A program made the position numbers and the translations under genes. This document shows positions 1-10,115 of a DNA stretch of 64,000 nucleotides, one piece after another. The notes under the pieces were generated by a model, which was not told the DNA's origin, ran no database searches, and worked only from the letters and a program-made list of their open reading frames with translations. The stretch is from positions 168,302 through 232,301 of the forward strand of contig JBCBUK010000004.1 in NCBI GenBank assembly GCA_039818205.1, given 5' to 3'. Within the stretch, counting starts at the first letter, position 1, and every line of letters begins with the position of its first letter. The DNA is from Verrucomicrobiota bacterium. GTDB taxonomy: Bacteria; Verrucomicrobiota; Verrucomicrobiia; Opitutales; Cerasicoccaceae.

Positions 1-1273
1 TGGTGAACAATCCAAGCATGAGGGAATCCAGACCGAGGACGCGCTTGATGTCGCCAATAATTGGAACGCTGCCGCCTTCACGTAGATAGACCGGCGGTTC
101 CTGCCAGATGTCGCGAATCGCGGTATCGGCAATAGTAAAGGCTTGGCTCTTGACCGAGTCGTCAACGTCGGTGCCACCCTTGCCGGGAGGAGTCACCAGG
201 TAGGCACCACCGCCACTGTGGGTATCGATCTCGACGGTGACGCCCTTCGGTGCGCGATCGAGGATCGCTTGTTTCACCAAAGCCAGGATCTTTTCCGGAT
301 CTTGATTGGCCACTAGGCGACAGGTGATTTTAGCAAAGGCTTTGGAAGGAATTACGGTCTTCTCACCGTCGCCTTGATAGCCGCCACCGATACCGTTGAA
401 TTCCAAGGTTGGCGCAAAGCGACAGGCTTCAAAAGGGTTCAAGCCAGGTGGGCAGTGAAAGTCCTCGATCCCAAGAAATTCTTTGTATTCTTCTTCGGTG
501 ATGGGGAGTTTGGCCAGCTCATCGCGTTCCCAATCCTGCGGTGGAACAACGTCGTCGTAGAACCCAGGCACGTTGATCGTGCCATCCGGATTGTGTAGGC
601 TTGTGCAGATTTCCATCAGCGCCTGCAGCGGATTCATCAAGCAGCCACCGTGGACGCCCGAGTGAAGGTCGACCTTGGGCCCGGTTACGTTGATCTGTAA
701 GGGAGCAAGGCCGCGTAGCGCCAAGGTGATTGCCATGTTGTCTGGGCCGGGGCAGCCAGTGTCGGACAGGATTACCATGTCGGCTTTGCCCAAGCGCTCC
801 TTGTGGGCTTGGATAAAAGCTTCGAAGCTCGGGCTGCCGATTTCCTCCTCACCTTCAATCATCCAGGTGATGCGCAGTGGCAAGTCTGGATGGCGCTCCA
901 ATACGCGGGAAAGCGCGGCAAGCTGAACGGCTATTGGCCCCTTGTTGTCGGCCGAGCCGCGACCGTAAATACGATCGCCGCGCACCTCGGGCTCGAATGG
1001 TTTGGTAGTCCACAGCTCAAATGGGTCCGCAGGCTGCACATCGTAGTGTCCGTAGACTAAAACGTGTGGCCAATCATCATGGTCGGCACCGCGTTCGGCA
1101 AGGATGATTGGGTGCAGCGGCGTATCGATTGTTTCAACCGCAAATCCCAATGACGCGAGTCGCTCACATACGGCTTCGCGGGCGCCATCCATGCCCTCGG
1201 CGTAGGCAGAGTCAGTAGAGACGCTGGGGTGCTTTACGAATTCGGAAATCAGCTCTATGGGATCGAATGACAT
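1..1273 (-). CDS. M20/M25/M40 family metallo-dipeptidase (3' end runs off the window)
   Basis: Not in the ORF track. Manual translation from ATG 1273 gives MSFDPIELISEFVKHPSVSTD...LVYGHYDVQPADPFELW...IYGRGSADNKGP, which carries the M20 metal-binding motifs. Confidence 0.9.
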   Translation of the reverse strand, partial: MSFDPIELISEFVKHPSVSTDSAYAEGMDGAREAVCERLASLGFAVETIDTPLHPIILAERGADHDDWPHVLVYGHYDVQPADPFELWTTKPFEPEVRGDRIYGRGSADNKGPIAVQLAALSRVLERHPDLPLRITWMIEGEEEIGSPSFEAFIQAHKERLGKADMVILSDTGCPGPDNMAITLALRGLAPLQINVTGPKVDLHSGVHGGCLMNPLQALMEICTSLHNPDGTINVPGFYDDVVPPQDWERDELAKLPITEEEYKEFLGIEDFHCPPGLNPFEACRFAPTLEFNGIGGGYQGDGEKTVIPSKAFAKITCRLVANQDPEKILALVKQAILDRAPKGVTVEIDTHSGGGAYLVTPPGKGGTDVDDSVKSQAFTIADTAIRDIWQEPPVYLREGGSVPIIGDIKRVLGLDSLMLGLFT

Positions 1274-1342
1274 GGCTAACCTATGACACAGGTTGCGGCC
1301 CAAGAAAACCCCGATTATCCGAATTTCGTGATTTCGTGTTCC

Positions 1343-2926
1343 TTAATCACCGAGGCCGACTTGGCGGATGAACTCGTTTGTAAACAAGTGCCTCAGTTGT
1401 GGGTCGGGGAACACCGTTTTGCGTGCCGCGATCCATCGGTCGACTTTTGTTCCCCACTGTTTGCGCATTAGGCGCCCCGGGTCCTGCGGCTCGATTAAGC
1501 AGCGGTTGAATTTACCCCAATGCGGGCGGAAGGGGATGCCGTTCTGCTCAAGGTTTGCACACACCTGATCCATGAACTCGAAGATCAAATCGTTTTGGAT
1601 GGAATCGACTTCGATGACGCAGGATATCGGATCTTGGCCGGTGCCGAGCAGGGCTTTGGTTTGCTTGATGTAGCGTCCTTCAATCAGGATCGGCAACAGC
1701 TTTCCAAATGACGCGTAGGTGCCGAAGATGGTGTCAATCGCATCGCTGACGCGGTCCAGGGGGACGGCGACGCCCGAGGCAAAGGTCGGTCCAACGTTGG
1801 CTTCGGATCGAAAGAGTTCAAAGATCGTTCCCGTGATCTTTTTTCCGGCTGGGTAGCGCTCGGATACTTGCTGATTGAGTTGGTCGCGGACGAGGGTACT
1901 CAGGGGCCAAATACTCAGCAAGGGCATGACGGCCGACATGACTTCGAGGCCTCCGCTGGTCAACCCTTCGCCCTGCTTCGGTTCGGGCGGTTCATAGTCG
2001 TCGTGGTAGGGTTCTTCGTAGTAGGTGTGAATCGCAACGCGGTGTGGATTGCCGCCGTCATTCGGATTCAAGACAAAGCCAAGATGGTAGAGGTCAGGCG
2101 TCGTCTGAGGAAGCGCGATCGCGGAAACATCCAGCGAGTTCAAGAAGGTCTTCAGCGTCGAATCGTAGTCGAAATAGGTCAGCTCGCCATGCAGCAGAAA
2201 TAAGGGGCGAGTCAGAAGGAAAACGCCTCGGACAATTCCGAAGCAGCCCAATCCCATTTGCGCGGCGTAGAATAACTCGTCGTCTTCAACCACTTCAGCG
2301 TCGAGATTCTTGGCGACTTTCGACGAGACGGCGGGAGCTGATTTCGGTTGCAGCAGAATATGCCGGTCAGAGCCAACAACCACGTGCAGCGCCATAATCG
2401 AGTCGTGCACCGAACCAAACTTGAAGGCCCCGCCGTGGGTTCCCGTTGACGCGGCGCCGGTAACGGTTTGCCCATTGTTTGTTCCAGCCGCCATGATGGA
2501 TTGGCCTTCCCGGAACAAAAAGCGATTGAGGACTGCCAGGGTGCAACCGCCTTCTACTAGGTAGATGGAGCCGTCGGGATGGTCCCGTTTAAAAGCGGCC
2601 CGATGCAGGCTCGGCGGAATTCGCAAGATGCGGTTGGAGCGCGCGGTCTCCAGCTGCCGACCCGTTGAGACGGGTAGAGGGCTGAGTGACCAGGTGCTAC
2701 CGTAAGCCCGAAACTCGGCCCCGGGCCCCTGGGCCATGGCATCTTTGACCAGCTCCATGATTGCCAGCGTTTTCTTTTTATACTGGTCGAGCTGCGCCGC
2801 GACGCTGGTTGGAATCTGAAGGTCGCTCTTCTGGCGATAAATTCCGGTGTTCGTTACAGAGAATGCTTGGTGCCAACCCTCGAGTGTGGTCGGCTGATCG
2901 AGTTCGTAGGGATGGAGATTGGGCAT
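1343..2926 (-). CDS. FAD-binding oxidoreductase, L-gulonolactone/D-arabinonolactone oxidase-like (VAO/PCMH fold)
   Basis: Motifs QTVTGAASTGTHG, GLGCFGIV and C-terminal RPHWGK. Confidence 0.8.
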   Translation of the reverse strand: MPNLHPYELDQPTTLEGWHQAFSVTNTGIYRQKSDLQIPTSVAAQLDQYKKKTLAIMELVKDAMAQGPGAEFRAYGSTWSLSPLPVSTGRQLETARSNRILRIPPSLHRAAFKRDHPDGSIYLVEGGCTLAVLNRFLFREGQSIMAAGTNNGQTVTGAASTGTHGGAFKFGSVHDSIMALHVVVGSDRHILLQPKSAPAVSSKVAKNLDAEVVEDDELFYAAQMGLGCFGIVRGVFLLTRPLFLLHGELTYFDYDSTLKTFLNSLDVSAIALPQTTPDLYHLGFVLNPNDGGNPHRVAIHTYYEEPYHDDYEPPEPKQGEGLTSGGLEVMSAVMPLLSIWPLSTLVRDQLNQQVSERYPAGKKITGTIFELFRSEANVGPTFASGVAVPLDRVSDAIDTIFGTYASFGKLLPILIEGRYIKQTKALLGTGQDPISCVIEVDSIQNDLIFEFMDQVCANLEQNGIPFRPHWGKFNRCLIEPQDPGRLMRKQWGTKVDRWIAARKTVFPDPQLRHLFTNEFIRQVGLGD

Positions 2927-2944
2927 GGCTTGTTGGGGGGTTAC

Positions 2945-3310
2945 CTACTCGGGAAAATCGCCCCCGGGCACATCTTGGGTTGCCGGTACGTATTCGATGT
3001 CAGTCCGTTGCCAGAAGCCGAGGCTCAACACGGAGATCAAATCGTTGCCCCAGTTCCGGTGCACGACGACTTCATGGATGCCGCCATGCTCAGCGTCCTC
3101 AGCAAAGAAGGGTTGATCCTCGGGGTCAATATTAGAGCCCCAGAAGTAAGTGTCGACAGTGCGGCGATTCGTTTCCGGGTTCGTGCCGGCTGCGTAGGCT
3201 CCCGCCGTTTCAGGATTGCGCACTGTGACGGATGAACACCCTGCGATAATCGCGACTGTGCCAGCAATCAGCAACGCCCGCCCAATTCGGAATGACCAGT
3301 TGTTTTTCAT
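2945..3310 (-). CDS. Bor/Iss-like small lipoprotein
   Basis: Lipobox IAGC; the YFWG and LISVLSLGFWQ segments resemble the Bor family. Confidence 0.6.
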   Translation of the reverse strand: MKNNWSFRIGRALLIAGTVAIIAGCSSVTVRNPETAGAYAAGTNPETNRRTVDTYFWGSNIDPEDQPFFAEDAEHGGIHEVVVHRNWGNDLISVLSLGFWQRTDIEYVPATQDVPGGDFPE

Positions 3311-3399
3311 AACAGTAGATGGAAAATGTTAGGTTTTTCCGCGATCGAGGTCGATCCCTCTTTCTGACTTTTTAATGACGAGATTAATCGGAATTGATT

Positions 3400-3765
3400 C
3401 TAGTCGCTTTCCGGGATCTTCGATTCTAATTCTTGAACCTTCTCTGCCAGCATCTTTACGTGGTTTTTACCGACGGTTTGAAGAATCATTCCAATTCCAG
3501 TGGCCATAAGAAGGGCACCTAGGATCGATGAGAACATTAGTGCCGTGAACATCATCGACCGATTATTTAAATCGATCATGAGCCATTCAAGTGTTTCCGG
3601 AGTAGGCGACTGAGGGGGTGCTAGTTTGCGCCATGAGTTATAAAGGAAACCGAAGAATCCAATCGATATGACAAGAAACAAGATTCCGATTATTCTCCGA
3701 ATACGGGTAGTGTTGTGCAGATCGGCCAATAACTCCTGGATCTCGTTGGCCTGGTTCATCTTCAA
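3400..3765 (-). CDS. hypothetical two-TM membrane protein
   Basis: Two hydrophobic segments; ATGA overlap with the upstream M48 gene. Confidence 0.7.
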   Translation of the reverse strand: MKMNQANEIQELLADLHNTTRIRRIIGILFLVISIGFFGFLYNSWRKLAPPQSPTPETLEWLMIDLNNRSMMFTALMFSSILGALLMATGIGMILQTVGKNHVKMLAEKVQELESKIPESD

Positions 3766-4625
3766 TAAAGATACGCGTACATAGCGCCTGGCTTAACGGG
3801 TCCGGGCCAGGAGGCCTGACCGCTGGCTTGCATGTAGATGGGCAATGCCTCGGGAATCAATTCTTTGAGCCGACGAATCCGCGTCGTTCCGCTTGGGTGG
3901 GTTGACAAAAATTCCGGTGGGCGTTCGCCACCTTGGGAATCCATTTTCTGCCAAAACGGGACGCTGGCTCGCGGGTCATATCCCGCGGCCGATGAATAGA
4001 TCAAGCCAACGTGGTCGGCTTCGGATTCCATGGTCCGGCTGTAGGGCAGGATGAATCCAATACTGGAGCCCAGACCATAGCTTGCCATGACAATCTGCGA
4101 GGTGCTGTGGTCAACTTCGCCGAGGCCCAGGCCAATTGCCAGCGCAGCGCCTGCCATTTGATTGGCCAACTGGTGGGACACTTTTTCCTCACCATGGTGG
4201 GCGGCGACGTGGGCAATTTCGTGCCCCATCACGACCGCGACATCGTCATCGTTATCAAAGAGTGGGAAAATTCCGGTATAAAATCCGACCTTACCGCCGG
4301 GCATCGCGAACGCGTTTATCTGATCGCTTTCAAACACGACGAACTCCCATTGCTCGGGTGGTTTGAGGTCTGCGCCGCGTGCGCGCGCGGCAACGACAAT
4401 GCGTTCGCCAATTTTCTGCAAGCGTTGCTGCTTCTCGACGTCCTTCGAGATGGGCATCTGCTGCTTCATTTGATCGAATTGCGAGACGGCCATACTTTCG
4501 ACCTCGGCATCCGAAATCAGACTCAGCTGGCTGCGACCGGTTTCGGGCGCGCTTGCGCACCCGGTAAAGAGGGCTGCCGTAATCGTCGCCGAAGCCAAAA
4601 GACAAACACGGAGAAATAAGATCAT
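3762..4625 (-). CDS. M48 family zinc metallopeptidase lipoprotein
   Basis: Lipobox FTGC; INAFAMPGG, HEIAH (HExxH), ESEAD and FLSTHP motifs. Confidence 0.93.
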   Translation of the reverse strand: MILFLRVCLLASATITAALFTGCASAPETGRSQLSLISDAEVESMAVSQFDQMKQQMPISKDVEKQQRLQKIGERIVVAARARGADLKPPEQWEFVVFESDQINAFAMPGGKVGFYTGIFPLFDNDDDVAVVMGHEIAHVAAHHGEEKVSHQLANQMAGAALAIGLGLGEVDHSTSQIVMASYGLGSSIGFILPYSRTMESEADHVGLIYSSAAGYDPRASVPFWQKMDSQGGERPPEFLSTHPSGTTRIRRLKELIPEALPIYMQASGQASWPGPVKPGAMYAYLY

Positions 4626-4685
4626 TGGTGCTATCCTATTGGTTCACCGAAATCAGTCAATGTCGGGAAATTCCTCCGACAATCC

Positions 4686-5123
4686 TTACTTCTTTTTTGC
4701 TTCAGTCGTCTGGTAGGTTTCTCGCGCCAAGATATCGAGGCGGAAATCAACCACGGTGCCGTAGGGCGCAACCCCCTTTAGGTAGATACGTTCCTGGGCA
4801 AGAATTAACCCGGATTTCCAAAGTGGGGGCGGGGAATTGATCTCCGAGCCATCGGCCTTCAGCCAGGTGAAGCGGTAGTTGAACTCGCGCGCTTTGTAAG
4901 TGTTGTTCTGTAGCTCGGCCATGACTGCGATCAAGCTGCCTTCGCTAGACTTTTCCTCAACTTTTATCACCGAGAGATCCCGCAAGAGAATCGGGTCAGT
5001 TGTCACCTTCGACGCTGAAAGCGGGTTATTGGCCGGCTGTTGCGCGTCTGGATCTGCCGAGTCGCAACCGGCAAAAACAGCGATCAATAAAAGTGAGAAA
5101 TAGCAGGTGAGGTTTCGGATCAT
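4686..5123 (-). CDS. YcfL/DUF1425-like lipoprotein
   Basis: Lipobox FAGC; YRFTW.ADG and APxxxxVDFRL pattern. Confidence 0.7.
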   Translation of the reverse strand: MIRNLTCYFSLLLIAVFAGCDSADPDAQQPANNPLSASKVTTDPILLRDLSVIKVEEKSSEGSLIAVMAELQNNTYKAREFNYRFTWLKADGSEINSPPPLWKSGLILAQERIYLKGVAPYGTVVDFRLDILARETYQTTEAKKK

Positions 5124-5270
5124 AGCGTTGGTATCTTCGCATTGCGCTTGCCTCGCCCGAGGTCGTTTGAAGACAGAATTCGGGCCATCGAGGTTAGCAG
5201 ATGACAGAAGGTTACATCATCTTAACGTGGCCGGATGGGTCAACGTCATTTTCCTGAGTCGTTCAATGAC

Positions 5271-5304
5271 AAAAAAGCCCGCAGCCCATTGAAGGACCGC
5301 GGGC
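5271..5304 (-). terminator. intrinsic terminator of the yceI-like gene
   Basis: Minus strand GCCCGCGGTCC-TTCAAT-GGGCTGCGGGC-TTTTTT. Confidence 0.75.
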
Positions 5305-5328
5305 GGAAAAGTGGTTTGGGTCTCGGTG

Positions 5329-5904
5329 TTACTTCTTGCGGTGTCCCTGGATCGAAACCGATACCTTCACGTCGTCGCCAACGATTGGACCGCCGGAATC
5401 CAAGCCCCACTCGGAGCGCTTGATCTCGGTGCCACCCTTGAAGCCAATGATTTCGAGGCCTTCGTAGTGGCCAACACCGTCCATCGTGCCGAGGTACTCG
5501 ACATCCATGGTAACCGGCTTAGTTGTGCCCAATAGGGTCAAGTCGCCCGTGACTTTATAGTTCTTGTCGTCAACCTTCTCCCATTTGGTTGATTTGAAAG
5601 TCATCAACTGATGCTTATCGGCGTGGAAGTAATCGTCCTTGGTTAGGTGCTTGTCGCGCTTCGCGTTGTTGGTGTTGACGCTCGTGGTCTTGATTTCCGC
5701 CGTGGTGGAAGACTTGGACATGTCTTCCTTGTCGACCGAAACCGTTCCCGAGAACTCGCCAAAGCTTCCGTTGACGTCGTTCACAAAGTGACGGACGGCA
5801 AAGTTAACACTCGAGTGGGTCGGGTCGATGTCATACGAGACGACTTCGGCCTGAAGGCTGAGTGCAGATACCAGGGTGCTGAGAATGAGACAGGTTTTTT
5901 TCAT
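5329..5904 (-). CDS. YceI family periplasmic lipid/polyisoprenoid-binding protein
   Basis: Signal peptide; YDIDPTHSSVNFAVRH, RDKHL and VTGDLTLLGTTKPV motifs. Confidence 0.92.
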   Translation of the reverse strand: MKKTCLILSTLVSALSLQAEVVSYDIDPTHSSVNFAVRHFVNDVNGSFGEFSGTVSVDKEDMSKSSTTAEIKTTSVNTNNAKRDKHLTKDDYFHADKHQLMTFKSTKWEKVDDKNYKVTGDLTLLGTTKPVTMDVEYLGTMDGVGHYEGLEIIGFKGGTEIKRSEWGLDSGGPIVGDDVKVSVSIQGHRKK

Positions 5905-6019
5905 AGTGCTGATGTGGGTTGAATATTATCTCTATGTCAAGATAAATGACTTAAAGCTAAACCGCAACTGCTTAGACGATATTTTTTTCGAAACCTGACG
6001 AATCTCGCAAAGAACGATT

Positions 6020-6964
6020 TTAGAACAGGGTTTCGATATCGCCGACGCTTCCGGAGCGAACCAGGAAGTATAGCAGATCATCGTTAGACCAGCGAACTAT
6101 CGAAACGGTTCCCACATTTGCTGGAACTGGATCGGAGGCATGATAGTCAGATGGGAAAATGGCTTTGCGCACCACATATAGGCTGACGTGATCGCCATTG
6201 CGCATTTTAATTACCGAAACCTGTTGGCCTTGCCACTGGATGACGGCGCATCCGACTTCGGGAAGCGCATCCACCCCGGCAGGTAGATCTCGCGGGCTGG
6301 GGGCTCCGCGACTAGCCAGAAACTCGCGCAGCTCATCCAAGCTTTCAGATTGGTGATCAAGTGGAGCACTGGAGTTGTGGTGAGTCCCGATGTGATTGTG
6401 GAATGAATCGATATCCGAGTTCGCGGACGCTGGGGGCCCGTCAAACATGATCATCCCGACCGCTACAAGTAGGACGATTGCTGCCGCAACCGAGACCAAG
6501 CTCGGATTCTGCCACCAGGGACGCCGTTGTTCCGGACAAAAGGGGACCGCCGTGCCGACGTCGTCGGCCGGTGCCTCCTCTGGCTCGGATTGAGCAGCGG
6601 GCGCTTCCGCAGCTTCCAGTTCCTCTGATTCAATCGAGACGACCTTTTCTGGTTCCTCCAACGGTTCTTCAGTTGCCGGAGCTTCGGTAACGGTTTCTTC
6701 GACGGGCTCGGCGGCTTCGGCAGTTTGCTTTGCTTTCGCCTCCGTCATCGCATTCACGATACGGTCGTCTAAGCCCTCAGGCGCTTCGATGCTTTCAAGC
6801 TTTTGGGCGAATACCCGATCAAAGACTTGTTCCTGGGCGAACCACTCGGCGAGTTCGAGGTCTTCCTCAACGAGCGCCAGCAGCTCTGCCATCTCCGGAT
6901 CATCCGGGTCTAGGCAGTCTGGGCGAATAGTGGCCAGGCGTTCTTTGATCTTATTTAAATCCAT
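6020..6964 (-). CDS. putative anti-sigma factor with a long acidic linker and a single TM
   Basis: Directly downstream of the ECF sigma gene; N-terminal helical domain, Glu-rich linker, TM (SVAAAIVLLVAVGMIMF), periplasmic domain. Confidence 0.7.
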   Translation of the reverse strand: MDLNKIKERLATIRPDCLDPDDPEMAELLALVEEDLELAEWFAQEQVFDRVFAQKLESIEAPEGLDDRIVNAMTEAKAKQTAEAAEPVEETVTEAPATEEPLEEPEKVVSIESEELEAAEAPAAQSEPEEAPADDVGTAVPFCPEQRRPWWQNPSLVSVAAAIVLLVAVGMIMFDGPPASANSDIDSFHNHIGTHHNSSAPLDHQSESLDELREFLASRGAPSPRDLPAGVDALPEVGCAVIQWQGQQVSVIKMRNGDHVSLYVVRKAIFPSDYHASDPVPANVGTVSIVRWSNDDLLYFLVRSGSVGDIETLF

Positions 6965-6976
6965 GTTTTTTGCGAA

Positions 6977-7474
6977 TTAAGAGTTTAGGAGGGCTTTCTT
7001 CAGTTGCACCTTGCCGCGGGAGAGGCGGGACATAACGGTGCCGATGGGGATATCGAGCGTCTCGGCAATTTCCTTGTAGCTGAGGTCCTTGAGGTAGAAT
7101 AGGACGAGCGGTGCGCGGTAGGCTTCTTCGATGTTTTCAAGAGCCGCCACAGCGCTTTTCCCATCAAGTTTGTCGACGAGTCCTGGATCGACCATAGGTG
7201 CCTCGGATTCGATAATCTCTGGCTCCTGGACGGACATGTTGGCTCCACGACGTCTAATGCGCAAAAATTCTCGGTAGAGGGTAGTGAAGAGCCAGGATTT
7301 GACCTTGGAGGCATCCCGCAGGGAATCGCCTTTTTCGGCGTATACCACAAAGGTCTGCTGGGTAAGGTCACATGCTTCATCTTCATTTTTGCACAAGCTA
7401 TAAGCGAATCGGAATAGTGGCTGATAGTAATCAGCTACTAGTTGACGGAAATCTATATCCGGGTTTTCAGACAT
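6977..7474 (-). CDS. ECF (sigma-70 group 4) RNA polymerase sigma factor
   Basis: DLTQQTF, KSWLF and LSYKEIAETLDIPIGTVMSRLSRG motifs. Confidence 0.95.
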   Translation of the reverse strand: MSENPDIDFRQLVADYYQPLFRFAYSLCKNEDEACDLTQQTFVVYAEKGDSLRDASKVKSWLFTTLYREFLRIRRRGANMSVQEPEIIESEAPMVDPGLVDKLDGKSAVAALENIEEAYRAPLVLFYLKDLSYKEIAETLDIPIGTVMSRLSRGKVQLKKALLNS

Positions 7475-7592
7475 GTGAGTCGAGGTCGTAGGTTAATATT
7501 CCGTCATTCTTGAAAATCTTGGGAACTTTTCGCAAAGCTTTATACAAATGATCAGCAATTTTTGGACCACTCATTTCAACGGTTCCCAAGTG

Positions 7593-8684
7593 CTAAAGGA
7601 TGAGCATGGCGTCTCCATAACTATAAAATCTATAGCGGTGGTGGATAGCCTGACTGTAGAGATCCTTCAACCATTTAATTCCTTCCATGCTGCCCGGTGT
7701 CAGGAATGCAGACACTAAACAAAGCAGTGTCGACTTCGGCAAATGGAAGTTGGTTATCAGCCCATCGACCAAATGAAATTGATTGGGCGGGTAGATGAAA
7801 ATATCCGCTTCGGCGCTGAATGGTGTGCCCTCAGAGTAGCCCTGCATTTTGCTGGCGTAGTCTTCGAGCGCGCGCAGAGAGGTTGTGCCTACGGCAATTC
7901 GTGGACCACTGGCCTTATCCAATAGAGCCTTTCGGCTTTCTAATGAGATTTCATAGAATTCGCGATGGATTAAGTGGTCTTCAATCTTTTCCACACTGAT
8001 CGGGCGGAAGGTATCCAGGCCAACGTGCAGCGTCACGTCGTGAAATTGCGCTCCTTGATCGGCGATTTTTTGGACGAGCTCCGGTGTGAAGTGGAGCCCA
8101 GCCGTCGGCGCGGCCGCCGCTACTTTCTGGTCCCGGTCGGCATAAACCGTTTGGTAGCGCTCTTGGTCGAGCTTCTGCCAGTCTCGGTGGTCGGCGGATT
8201 CCTGACGTGCCTGTTCTATATAAGGGGGCAAAGGCAAGTTACCGGCCATTTCGGCGATCTCGGTGACGGACTGTTGACCCTTGAGCGGTGTGAATCGCAC
8301 CCGGTTTTCACCATCTGCCCGCTTTTCAATAACTTCGGCAGAAAAAATCCCATCGATTCCAAAGACTGCGCCTTCCTGTAAACGGCGTCCTGGGCGAAGA
8401 AGGCACCAAAACTCCCATTCATTCTTGCCCGGATGGAGCAGCAGGCACTCAACTGCGCCGCCGGTCGATCGCTTAGCGGGGAGTCGTGCGCGAAAGACAC
8501 AGGCGTTGTTGCGAAAAATCCGCGCTGATTTCGGCAAAAAGTCTCCAATGTCGCGAAAGTGCGCATGGGTAATTTGTTGGGTGTCTCGCTCGACAATCAT
8601 CAAGCGAGAATCATCGCGTCGATCAGCGGGAGCCTGGGCAATCAACTCGGCAGGAAGCGGATAATCAAATTCTTTGGTTAGCAT
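7593..8684 (-). CDS. queA: S-adenosylmethionine:tRNA ribosyltransferase-isomerase
   Basis: FDYPLPAELIAQ, PLPPYI, AAPTAGLHF, TNFHLPKSTL and YRFYSYGDAMLI motifs. Confidence 0.97.
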   Translation of the reverse strand: MLTKEFDYPLPAELIAQAPADRRDDSRLMIVERDTQQITHAHFRDIGDFLPKSARIFRNNACVFRARLPAKRSTGGAVECLLLHPGKNEWEFWCLLRPGRRLQEGAVFGIDGIFSAEVIEKRADGENRVRFTPLKGQQSVTEIAEMAGNLPLPPYIEQARQESADHRDWQKLDQERYQTVYADRDQKVAAAAPTAGLHFTPELVQKIADQGAQFHDVTLHVGLDTFRPISVEKIEDHLIHREFYEISLESRKALLDKASGPRIAVGTTSLRALEDYASKMQGYSEGTPFSAEADIFIYPPNQFHLVDGLITNFHLPKSTLLCLVSAFLTPGSMEGIKWLKDLYSQAIHHRYRFYSYGDAMLIL

Positions 8685-8883
8685 CGAATGAAACTGGACG
8701 ATAAAAGATGACGGTGATGTGGAAGAGGGTTGTTAAAAAAGTGTTAACAATTGCCAAAATGCTGGGTTATATAACCTAAAGAGAAGTTTTTGGGATATAG
8801 GAATGGCTAAAGTATTGAACTTCGTCTCGCTACACTTCAATTTTCTTAGTCCCGCTAGCTTTGTTTTTTAAAAAACCTGCTTC

Positions 8884-10071
8884 ATGGAAGGAAATTCTAC
8901 TCTCATCATTGCCATAGTCATCGGCGTCGTCATCGCCTTGTTGGCCGTTGCCCTATTTGTTATAACGCGGAAGTCCGGAAAAAAGAAGGACGACCATGCC
9001 GAGCCGTTAGTGGAGCGAAACCCGAGCTACGGTCCGCGTTCTGACGACGATAGCGAAGCGGAAGCAGCTGCAGCGGTCGAGGACAAGCCCGCACCGAGCC
9101 CGCTCAAGCCACGCGCTGAGAAGGTGGCGGAAGCCAAGGAGCCGGAGCCGAAGAAGGTGGAAGCTCCGAAGGCGGAGGCGCCAAAGGAAGCTCCCAAGGC
9201 AGCGGCTCCTCCTGAACCGAAGAAGGCCGAGCCGAAGAAGCTCGAGCCTGCCGCCAAAGCACCGGTCGAAGAAGATGACGGATGGGGTGACGATGATGAC
9301 TGGGGAATCGAAACCTCATCGGACCTCGACGCGATCGGCGAAGTTTCCTTGGAAGATGATTTCTCGGCAGACGTCAAGAAACAGCAGGAAGATGCTACGC
9401 CAAAGAAGAAGCTGGTTGAGCGCCGTTCAAGCGAGGACGACGAAGATGAGTGGGGCGATGATATTGTCGAAGAAGACGAGCTGGACGATGGCTGGACGGG
9501 TCCAGTTTTAAAGCGGGTGTCGGCCGAGGTCAAAGAAGCCTTTAAGGAAGCAAGCCTGAGCCAGGAGTTCCACGTCTCCAAGCGCAAGGAAGCTGATGAG
9601 TTTATCGTTAAGTGCGTCCAGTCTTACCTGGGAGGTAACAAAGACGAAGCGGTGAAGGCCGCCCAAGAGCGCGTTTTTGCACTGCACACCAAGATTCAGC
9701 TATCCGATTTGCCGGAAATTATTGAATCGTTCGTCGATTCTGGTGAGGAGTCCAACCAGGCTTTCTTCGCGGACTTCGAAGATATGTGTAACAACCACGA
9801 CGACTCGGTCCTCGTGCTCTTCGAGAAATTCAACACGACGCTGCCTAATCACCTACGCAGTCGTCGGATTGCTGAGGTGACTGAGCCGCTTGCGGCCGTT
9901 GTTTATTTGGCACCGGAATGGGATGAGTCTGATTTCTCCCGTCCAGACTTTGATGATCGGGACGAAGACATCGATGAGGATATGGATTACCTCGAAGAAT
10001 TCTACGATCAGCTTGAGGACGATCCCGAGGACGAAGAGGCGGACAATCAGACGCAGCAAGGTAAGGCTTAG
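8884..10071 (+). CDS. hypothetical membrane-anchored protein with Pro/Ala/Lys linker and highly acidic regions
   Basis: N-terminal TM, EPKK/APK low-complexity linker, Asp/Glu-rich tracts; followed by a terminator. Confidence 0.8.
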   Translation: MEGNSTLIIAIVIGVVIALLAVALFVITRKSGKKKDDHAEPLVERNPSYGPRSDDDSEAEAAAAVEDKPAPSPLKPRAEKVAEAKEPEPKKVEAPKAEAPKEAPKAAAPPEPKKAEPKKLEPAAKAPVEEDDGWGDDDDWGIETSSDLDAIGEVSLEDDFSADVKKQQEDATPKKKLVERRSSEDDEDEWGDDIVEEDELDDGWTGPVLKRVSAEVKEAFKEASLSQEFHVSKRKEADEFIVKCVQSYLGGNKDEAVKAAQERVFALHTKIQLSDLPEIIESFVDSGEESNQAFFADFEDMCNNHDDSVLVLFEKFNTTLPNHLRSRRIAEVTEPLAAVVYLAPEWDESDFSRPDFDDRDEDIDEDMDYLEEFYDQLEDDPEDEEADNQTQQGKA

Positions 10072-10089
10072 TCCAAATTAATTTTTCAG

Positions 10090-10115
10090 GCGCCCGATTC
10101 TTCGGGCGCTTTTTT
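10090..10115 (+). terminator. intrinsic terminator
   Basis: GCGCCCGA-TTCT-TCGGGCGC-TTTTTT. Confidence 0.85.
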
